64,000 nucleotides of DNA from Antechinus flavipes (lineage: Eukaryota): assembly GCF_016432865.1 (NCBI RefSeq), contig NC_067398.1, positions 658,068,001 through 658,132,000 on the forward strand. Direction: 5' to 3'. The notes under the pieces were generated by a model. The model was given only the letters and a program-made list of their open reading frames with translations, did no database searches and had not been told where the DNA came from. The translations under genes and the position numbers were made by a program. Shown one piece after another: positions 50,501-64,000 of this stretch; within the stretch, counting starts at the first letter, position 1; every line of letters begins with the position of its first letter.

Positions 50501-52307
50501 AGCTTGATGGCCGGAGGAGGAGCCGGCCCGGCGTTCGAGGCCTTCACGCTGCCTCTGCGCAGCCGGGTCCCCAGGGTCCCCAGATGCCCTCTTGGCTGAC
50601 GGTTCCCTGGCCCTCCCTTCAGGCGCCCCCACTCCCCGTTCCCCTTGTGCTTAGTGCTAATCCTCTCCCTGGCCCCTAAGCTATTGGGGGAAATGCGCTC
50701 GGAGGCCCCAGAAGCCCCCAGGACTCCCCAAAAGCTCTCCTCCTTACCCCCCAAAACCTCTCGGACTCCCCCAACTTCCCTGCCTCCCCCAGGTCCCCTC
50801 CCTGCCTCCTCTGGCCTGGCCCAGCTTTCCCTGCCGGGGCAGCCCACAGTTAAGGCCGCTTCTTGGGCTGGGTTCTGTACCTGCCAGTACCCGCCACCAG
50901 GCCAGCTCCCTGAGGGCAGAGTCCGGGCGAGATGCCCCTTTGCCCGCCCCGGGACTGAGGGAGCCGGGACTCTGGGGGGCGGGCCGGGGCTCAGGCTCCC
51001 TTTTGCCCCTCAGGAGACAGCAGCGAGGAGTCGGACACCTCCGAGGAGAGCGACATCGACAACGAGGCGTCCTCGGCCCTCTTCATGACCGTGAGTATGG
51101 CCCGGGGGGAGCCCCGGCGGGCTCGTCTTTGCCCTTCCCCGGCTCAGTCTCCCTTACCCCTTTCTGCAGAAGAAGAAGACCCCCCCCAAGAGGGAGCGGA
51201 AGGCCTCGGGCAGCAGCTCCAGGGGCAACAGCCGCCCGAGCACTCCCAGCGTGGACAGCGGCAGCACGTCCTCCACCCTGCGGGCAGCCGCCAGCAAGCT
51301 GGAGCAAGGTGAGGCGGGCCCCGGCCTCCCCCGCTCCCCCATGAGCCCGTGTCCCCCAGGGGCCCGCTCCTGGCCCCTGTCTCTCCCTCCCCTTTTCGGG
51401 CACTTTCCCAGCTTCTTTTTGGGAGGTTCTGTTGGCCCCTCTGAGGCCAGACAAGCTCATTTTGGGGGTACAGGGGCAGGGGCCCAGACCTGGGAGGGGA
51501 GAGCGCCCCCCTCTGCCACTGCAGTGTGTTGTTGAGTCCTGGGGCCCACTTTGTGCGCACAGTGACAAGGGGAACGGCCCCGAGGAAGCAAAGTCCAGGG
51601 AGGCCAGGCCCGCGGTTGAGCCCCCGTCCTCTGGCTCAGAGAGAGGGGCCGGGGAGGCCTTTGGAGGCTCCTGAAGGAGGGGCTCCTGCTCAGGTGTAGA
51701 GAAGCCTGAGCTCTGAGAGACCCCTCCAGCTCTGACCTGGGGTTTGACGTTTCCATGCAGGGAAGCGGCAGACGGGACCCAGTGATACGCCCGCCGCCAA
51801 GCGCCTGAGGCTGGATGCCGGGCCCCAGAGCATCTCGGGGAAATCCACGCCACAGCCTCAGTCCGGCAAGTCCACGCCCAGCAGTGGGTGAGTAAGGGGC
51901 CATTTGGGGGGGTTGGGGGAGCTGGGCAGCAGTGGGTGAGTAAGGGGCCATTTGGGGGGTTTTGGGGCCGGGCTGGGCAGCAGCGGGCAAGGGGCCACTT
52001 CTAGGACCTGGAGCTGGCCTGGACAGTAATGAGTAAGGGGCCGTTTCTGGGATCTGGGCAGCAGAACCTCCGCCCCCTGACCCCCGGCCTTTCTCCCTCC
52101 AGTGATGTGCAGGTGACAGAGGACGCGGTCAGGCGCTACCTGACCCGAAAGCCCATGACCACCAAGGACCTGCTGAAGAAGTTCCAGACCAAGAAGACAG
52201 GGCTCAGCAGCGACCAGACAGTCAACGTGCTGGCCCAGATCTTGAAGCGCCTCAACCCGGAGCGCAAGATGATCAATGACAAGATGCACTTCTCCCTCAA
52301 GGAGTGA
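47049..52307 (+). CDS. GTF2F1: General transcription factor IIF subunit 1 (RAP74), copy 2 in the ancestral position next to PSPN, intact, 522 aa
   Basis: Exons 47049-47060, 47404-47450, 47564-47636, 48115-48308, 48580-48750, 49286-49473, 49559-49709, 49806-49870, 50378-50497, 51014-51090, 51170-51308, 51761-51887, 52103-52307. Exon lengths match copy 1. Starts MTSL. AATAAA at 52333-52338. Confidence 0.97.
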
Positions 52308-53089
52308 GCGGCCGCCGGGACACAGCAGGGCCAATAAAAGCTGCTTGGCCTTTTCTCGGGCTCTGTGTGACTTTGTGGGGGGGAGGATTGTGGGTTTGGG
52401 AGCCGGTGTCCCGAGAGAACGTCGGGGGCAGCTCCCCGACTACAGGTGGGGAAACTGAGGCCCAGAGAAGCAAAGGGACTGGTCCGGGCTGTCAGGCCCT
52501 GCCCCCCTTCCTCATCCCCGCAGGACTGCCTTCCACCAAGGGATTTGGTCTGGAATCCAGGTGTGGAAACTTCCCTTCCTGCAGCGTCCCCTCCCCACGC
52601 CGCACTTGGCGGCTGCCGGGAATGTCTGGCACGTCAGGCTAATTCTTGGGAAATGTCTGGCGTTCCCAGGAGGAGACTCCTGTTCCCATCTCCTCACCCC
52701 CACCTTGGAGGGGAACATCCAAGAGGAAACAGCTCGTCTGCACCCCCGGCTCACTTCTCGCCCTCCCCCACTCCTAAACACAGGCCCGGCTTTCAGGGAC
52801 TGGGGTCTGACAGCTTGGTTCTCTGCCTAGCAACAGGGGCTGAAGGGGATCCCCAGCCTCACTCTGCCCTTTCCCCCGGACCGTTGTGGAAGAACACCAA
52901 GTTCCCTGGCCTAATAATCTGTGGCTCAGTGAAGGGAAAATGTGGCCTCTGGTGGGGTGTTTCCTGTTTTGATGTTGGAGCAGGCAGGCCGGAGACAGGG
53001 GCATGATGCCTTAATCCCTCCTGCTCAAGTTGGAGCCCGGAACCTAGGAAGGGCGGAGGAGGGATTGCCCAGCATCTGTTGCACATGTG
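47965..53089 (+). repeat. Near-identical segmental repeat, copy B
   Basis: Direct repeat of 9813-15160, with a start offset of 38152 nt. Confidence 0.95.
51879..51977 (+). repeat. Same minisatellite with 2 units (copy 2)
   Basis: Donor GT at 51888 (native) and at 51936. Confidence 0.93.
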
Positions 53090-53567
53090 GCAGTCCTCAG
53101 TGTCCCCCTACCATTGGTTATTCTGCCTTTCCCTCCAGCTCTGCTTGAGAGATCAGAGATGGGTCAACAATGTGCACTTCGGCCCTCCTGACTGGGGCAA
53201 GTCTTACCCTAAATTTGGGGCATTGAGATGCGATCACCTCCAGCCCAGGCTGGAGAAACTATTATAAAAGTATTGGAAAAAAGCTTCTGGAATGATGGAG
53301 GGAGCAACTTTTTCCCTAAATGGTCCACAGGTGTAGCTTTCACTCTTCTCTTCCAATGCTGAACACCCAACAGGGTGTTATAAACATTAGGGATTCAGTG
53401 GTAGGCATGATGGGTAAGGCTCAAGGCACAGGAGTGGGGCAAGGCAAGAGTTAATGTTCTGGGCCGCCCACCCAGCTCTGACTAGCTCCTCCTGCTGGGG
53501 GTCGGGGAGATATAGTGGCGTGCATGGAACCCTTCAGTCTCTAGCTCTCCTACATCCTCAGCTCAGC

Positions 53568-54428
53568 ATGGCTTGGGCACCAGCCTTCCTCACTCTTTTG
53601 CTTCTGCTGCCTCCTAGTCTGGGGGAACTGCCTTCTGTCCCCAGAACTCCAGGGCTACCTCTGGAAGAGAAGCCCACATCTGGGGAACTGAGTCCGGTTC
53701 CTGGAGCGTCATACCTCAGACTTGGAAAGCTGCCTCCGACCTCCGGGATCAAGAGGCCATGGCTAGGTAAAGGATTCCACAGCAGGATAGGTAAAAGGCT
53801 GTTGGTGTGTTCTCCAAGTTAGGACTTCTCAAACTTTGTCCTTGAAACCCCTTTTGCACTTCCCCGTGTTTATTGGTACATCTGATAGGTATACAAGTCA
53901 AACATTTACCGTTAAATTGTAACTTTTTGACCCTCACTTTGTTAATGACCCTATCCTGATCATTTTAAGAATTTTAAGCAGCTTTGCTCTTAGGAGAGGA
54001 TGCAAGATCTTCGTTCTCCAGAAGAGGTCTCCTGTTTACACTTGTGATCACCTATACCTAATGAGTTGCTCTTTTCTTTTCTTCTAGGGGACCACCTATT
54101 GCCATCTGCTTCAAGAGCCCGGGTATCCAGGGACCTGTCTAGCTCCGCCACTGAATGTCAGCTGCAGAGCCTGCTCCTGCCAGTGACCGAGTTGGGCCTC
54201 GGCTACAACTCGGATGAGACCATTGCCTTCCGCTACTGTGCGGGCAGCTGCCACAGTCTTTATACCCACCATGGCCTGACACTGGCCAGGCTTTCAGCCG
54301 AGGGCCGGGTGACGAGCCAGCCCTGCTGCCACCCCACCCGATATGAGGATGTGGCCTTCCTGGACAACCACCACCACTGGCATCACCTGCCCCAGCTGTC
54401 TGCTGCCGCCTGTGGCTGTGGGATCTGA
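53568..54428 (+). CDS. PSPN: Persephin (GDNF-family ligand) precursor, 179 aa
   Basis: Exons 53568-53766 and 54088-54428 with a phase-1 intron. Signal peptide MAWAPAFLTLLLLL, RVSR cleavage site, and seven-Cys knot CQLQSL..LGLGY..FRYCAGSC..PCCHPTRY..LPQLSAAACGC. AATAAA at 54685-54690. Confidence 0.95.
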
Positions 54429-54904
54429 AAGGCCCCCTGTGAGACCCACCCTGCCCCCCCCCCCTTCTCTGAGGTTGGATGTAACATGCATTTCCTCTCT
54501 GCCTCCTCTGTGCCAAGGCCCATTGTGTCCACCTCAGCAGCATCTTGGCAGCCTCATACCTGGCCTACCCAGGCCCACTTGAGAGTAGACATTTATGGAC
54601 TTGGTAATTGAGGTAAAGTTAATCCTATTCTCCGAGTGAGTGTGATAGAAACGAGGACGACTTTGGGGGAAGAGGGATGTTGTTAATAAAAAGGCAGGTG
54701 CTGTGACTTCTATGCATTAGCTGTGTGCCAGGCTCTGTCCTTCTCTTCTCAGGGCTGACTGCAATAAGCCCTTTATCTATCCAGTTGGAGAGGTGTTCCC
54801 TTCTCTCTTGTTCAATAGCAGCCAGACCCAGGGGTCAAGTATCATTTCTCTAACTTTATTCATAAATACTTTATACAAAGCGCCTGTGGCGGTGGAACTT
54901 GAAG

Positions 54905-56988
54905 TCATTTAGATGGAGGGCCTGGTTCCCCCTCAGGGAGGGAACGGCAAATAACAGAAATTCTTCGGCCCCGTGGGACCCGATGCTCCCCAAAGAAGGA
55001 CTCCTCGTCTCGAAGGATCTGGTGGGAGAAGTCGTATCGGGCAGGGCCTCTGGTGTGAAGGGTAAGAAAGGCTTAGGTCAGTTGCTGAGGGAAAGGCTTA
55101 CTGCCAATCACCATGGTGCCCTTTATATAGTGCTTGGGAGTGGCAGCAAGCATTATAATTCCAGTGGCTGGGACTGACACAGGGACAAGGGATGAAGTCA
55201 AAGAGAACCCCAAGATTTAGGACCCCATTTCTAGGCGCTCTGCCCCTCTGGTGATCTTACCTGAGGATATAGAGGGACCCAGGTTCCAAGAGCAATTCCA
55301 GCCACTCCTGAGGATCTTGGGTGTCAACTAGTCGCATGACACTGGGAGAGAGCAAGGAGAGGCCTGCAATGATGCCGCCACAGAACTGGCCAGAGAATTA
55401 GAACCACAAGATGTCAGAACTGAGACAGGCAATTTGGGATCATCCCATTTCAGTGATGGGAGGACTGAGGCCCAAGAGGCCTGTAGGTGGCGCAGTGGAT
55501 AGAGCTGGGCTGATCAAGTTTAAGTGGGCCATTCGAGTTTAAATCTGGCCCCAGGGATTTACGAGGTGTGAGCTATTGAACATGTCACTTTACCTCTGCT
55601 CATCTGTAAGAGGTGCAAAACACTTAGTACAGCACCTAGATCATAGTAAGTGCTGCGGTGGCCCTGAGGAAGCTGGTGGCTAGAGTTCAAATCTGGCTTC
55701 AGATACTTCCTCGCAGTATGACCTTGGGGGAAAGATACTTCACCTCTGCCTTAGTGTCCCCCACCTATAATAATAGCACTGCTTAGAGGGTTGTTGTGAG
55801 GATTAGCGCGGTGCTGAGCGCACAGTAATTGCTTAATAAATGCTTCCTTCTATCCTTCCCAAAAAGGGAAAGGGCTCCTTCAAAAGTCACACAAGGAGAG
55901 GGGAGGGCAGGGAGGACCCTGGATCTCCTGGCGTGGACAGCAATGCCAGAGAAGGGCAAGCACCAGCCAGGACGGCCTCTCCTGTTCCTGTGGAAGCCTC
56001 CGTCCCTCTTCTTGCCCTCACAGGCTGGGTGCCCTGCCCACCTTGATGCTATCCACATGGGGCTTGATGTAGCCATTTTGATGGAGATCCAGGACATGAA
56101 CCATGGGAAGCTGGGCCAGAGCTGGGGGGAAGGCAGCTGCCCGAACACGCTGCAGAATGGCCTGGCTTGCTTCGGACCAGTGGGACTTTTCTGTCTCCCG
56201 AAAGCCATGGATAGCCTGCAAGAAGCAGAAGAAGTGGCTAGTTCTGAGACCGGGGGAGCCAGCTAGCTACTGGGATGCCAATGGACCCCAAGAGGAAGGA
56301 GTTGGGAAAGAGAGTGAGTGGGCAGAGAGGAAGGAGCCAAACCTGGGGGGAGGGGAGAAATACCTGAGCTTCAGGGCTGAGGGACTAGGGGCCACAGAGT
56401 CCTCGGTTGGCCAATAAATAGGAGGCCAAGCGCTGGCCCTGACGCAAAGTCTGGGGCAGCTGGAAGAGTGAGGACGGGGGTCCTAGAGGGGCTGAGATGA
56501 GAACCCTGCGGCCCGAATGGAGACAATGGCAGGGGAGCTAGGTGGGAGCAGAAGCAAGTCTTGGGGATGCCGCGGAGAACGGGATTGGAGGGAATAGTGA
56601 AAATAGGAGGAGAGGTTGTGGAGACAGGGACACGGCGAATTTGGGGGACAAAGGGAGTAAGAAGGTGGTAGAACGCGGAGGAAGGAGAGGTAGAAAGAGA
56701 GGAAGGTAAGGGAGTCGGTATCCTACTCCCGGTGTCCCCTGGGAAGAATGGGCCGCCCTCACTCACCGCGTCCCAGTGATCGTACTCGTAGCGGCGTCGC
56801 CGTAGCTCGGGCTCCAGCTCCTGCTTCAGCGTCTCCTCCTCTGCTGAGCTCAAGAAGCCAGGCCGCACCACTGCCGCACCCCGCAACCGGCGAAGCACGG
56901 TGGGCCCGGAGCCCCGCAGCCAGCCGGGCCAGGTTCCCAGCCCCGGGGCCCGCAGCGCCCCCAGAGCCAGGCGCCCACTCCAGACCAT
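54905..56988 (-). CDS. ALKBH7: AlkB homolog 7 (mitochondrial 2OG-Fe dioxygenase), 221 aa
   Basis: Exons 56767-56988, 56042-56215, 55261-55385, 54905-55049. Motifs [34 protein letters not shown] (HxD), [10 protein letters not shown] (H) and [10 protein letters not shown]. Minus-strand AATAAA at 54855-54860. Confidence 0.96.
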
Positions 56989-57450
56989 GGTACCGCCGGC
57001 CCGGCCCTCCGCTTCCCCTTCCCCTCAGCGATTGGGTGGTGACATTCCGGAGGTCTAATGCTATTGGCTACTCCAGGGCCCCGCCCCTATGTTCCGGAAG
57101 ACACCACGAGGCGTTAACAGACCCGACTCGCGGCCACTTCAGAAAACCGCCGGCTCCGCCCCTATCCAGGTGACCTCTGAGGCGCCCTAGGGGAAACACT
57201 CCATCCTCCTCGGCCTCTTGACCCCGGGCCTTCCGGAGGCGCCCCCGTGCACGTGGCTCCCAGAGCAGCCCACCCAGTTCCGAGGAAGCGGCAGTCAGAG
57301 GGGCGGGGTCCGCAAAGAGCTCCTGAACGCGGAGACCGAGGTGGAGGCGGCAGTTGTACCGGACCCGAACCCCGCTTCTGCTCTTGGTTGCTTGTCTTTG
57401 GCTTGTTGTAGGAAGGGGTAGGCAGAAGATGGCCCCTGGCGTCCATCCCT
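56700..57450. promoter_or_regulatory. ALKBH7 CpG island and promoter
   Basis: CpG-rich around exon 1. CCAAT (CTATTGGC near 57061), GC box and TTCCGGAAG lie just upstream of the ATG. Confidence 0.75.
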
Positions 57451-58280
57451 AAATTGTTCCGAGTCTAGGCTTGACTTCGCGATGCCATAATGGTTTAGCG
57501 GCTGGAAGTGTGACCAGAGAACTTCTAGTTCTATCTGGCCCACATGAGCAGGGAAGGCCCGCCCGTGGGGTCCCAGGACAGCAAACTCTGGTGCCCTCTG
57601 GCAGCCTGGGGTAGCGGGCGGGCAGGAAGAAAGGGATTCCTAAGCAGGGGCACAAAGCTTGAGGAGAGGCACTCCCATGTAAGTCTCCTTGCAGGTGGCA
57701 TAAAAGCCACGACGTGAGGGCATTCATGGAGCACTTATAAAGCTCTGTACAAGTCCTCTGTGGGTGGCAGGTGCTATGGTGATGCCCATTTGAGGAATGA
57801 GTTGAGGAAACTGAGGACGAGAGAGCCTCAGGGTCGGTATGTTTGTGTTGGAGACATTTGGGGATTAAGTGACTTGCCCAGACAGGTGGCCTGAGTTTGC
57901 ACTTAGGTCCTCCAGGTTAATGCTCTATCCAGGGAGCCACCTAGCTGCCCAGGCATATTTGTTGAACAAAGAGATGCCAAAGTTTTCTTTTCTCTGGATA
58001 ACTAAGAAAAAGGAAGACAGCAGGGACCAAAAAGTGACCAAAGTTTTAATTTAAAATCCACACTCCCTGGAGAGTCAGTTCTGGGGCAGTAGGCCAGGTC
58101 AGACACTACTCCCAGACAGGACCCCAGAAGCCCCTGAAATCTAAAGCTACAACCAGAAGGGACAGAGCAGCACAGTGCGAAGGTCAGGGGAGAACCAGTG
58201 GAGACAAGGGGCATCATTTTGTGGGGGTAAAGGGGGTGTTGCTCCTCAGTGTCCCCAGGAAGGAATGGGCTCATTTGTGC

Positions 58281-62731
<4,451 letters not shown>

Positions 62732-63539
62732 TCCGAAGCCGCGGAGTCAAAAGAGCTGGTGACGCGAGCTCAGCACGCCGCCTGCTACCCGGAAGCGATT
62801 TTATCCTTGGCGGGGCGGGACAGGGATGAGAGGCGGGGCTCCTCCTACAGGACTACATGTCCCAACGTGCCTCGCGGGACTCAAAGGGGTGGAGACTCGA
62901 CTCGGAGACTGGCCCGTGAGTTTCAGGCACGGGACTGGAGGCCGGACTTGAGGGTCCTAGTGTCGCATCTCCCCAGGCTGGAGGAGAGCAGCGTAGCTGT
63001 CGTCGAGATGGCGCCCAGGCCCACACCCCATATCTTCTGGCATCTCCTGAGTCTAGATCCAGAAGCTGAGCCCCGGCCCGCCCCATCGCCAAGAGGCCAG
63101 GAAGGGCCCTGCAGATCCGGGCCTTGTTTTCGTTTGTGCCGTGTTCTCCCGTGTTCGGTTGTGTCTCACTCTCCGAGACCCCATTTGAGGTTTTCTTGGC
63201 AAAGATCCTGGAGCGGTTTGCCATTTCCTTCACCAGCTGGTTTTACGGAGGAGAAACTGAGGCAAACAGGGCGAAGTGACTTGCTCGGGGTCACAAGCTA
63301 GCGGGCGTCTTCAAATCTGAAGGCGGGAAGAGGAATCTTTCAGGCGGGCACGCACCACCTAGTGGCCACTTTTTATAGAATAGATGCGGAAGGAGCCTCA
63401 ATGTTGATGTAATTGAAGTCATAATCAAAAAGGAATACCCACTATAATTAATTAGCAAGAGCTCGTTTAGCCGTTGGGGCTTCCGCTACTTCCATCCTAA
63501 AATGAAAATAGCCTAAAAGACTATTTTGTGGAGAATTCG

Positions 63540-63810
63540 CTCAAGGTAAGTGCACGTGGAACTCAGAAGTGATACAAGGATTCAAGCTATCTCTGAAGAA
63601 CTTTGAAATTGATTGAAAGACATGGTACAGAGCTTTTGTGCGCTGTAAGCAAAGCAGAATTACAACAGCTCAAAAGGAAGGAGATGACCAAATTCAGAAA
63701 CATTTCCTTCACATGACTATTTGTGCCTAATTTGTAGCAGAGCTGCTACAGTTGGACAGACTGTATGTACCTTACCTTGACATAGTAATGTCATTTTGGT
63801 CCTCTTTAAA
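63540..63810 (+). mobile_element. RTE 3' fragment
   Basis: Shares TGTAAGCAAAGCAGAATT and ACATAGTAATGTCATTTTGGTC with the tail at 26820-27010. Confidence 0.7.
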
Positions 63811-64000
63811 CAGTAATCGACCATTTCCATCCCAGTAATTACTCCCTTAAAAAGATTTTTTTTCCTTTGCTTTTCCCTCTGCCTTTGGAAAGTTATTGAG
63901 CAAAGACAGCTCTATTGATGCTGTTGCTGACCATCATTACTATATAATGCTTCAATTTCCAGGCTTGTGATAAATTTCCAAACTACTCATTTCTTCTCTC

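Overview
Marsupial genomic DNA. The SINE and L1 3' ends look dasyurid-like, which is an inference from repeat style. The window matches the human 19p13.3 block: AK1-like(-), GTF2F1(+), PSPN(+), ALKBH7(-), CLPP(-). The main surprise is two complete, intact 13-exon copies of GTF2F1 (TFIIF RAP74), 38 kb apart in the same orientation, at 8716-14376 and 47049-52307. The duplication is old: promoters and introns 1-3 align only loosely, and the duplicated unit also carried an upstream L3/CR1 relic and a now-dead PSPN exon 1. Even so, a sharply bounded ~5.2 kb tract from intron 3 to the 3' flank is nearly identical between copies, which points to gene conversion. The two predicted 522-aa proteins differ at one residue. 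Between the copies lies an intact 5-exon, 212-aa adenylate kinase 1-like gene with an N-myristoylation-type N-terminus. Other oddities are an intron-12 minisatellite that multiplies the GTF2F1 5' splice site (5 units vs 2), and a CLPP start codon that is out of frame unless an extra intron is spliced. The rest is mostly L1, L2, L3, RTE and SINE debris and simple repeats. All alignments and translations were done by eye, so identities are approximate.
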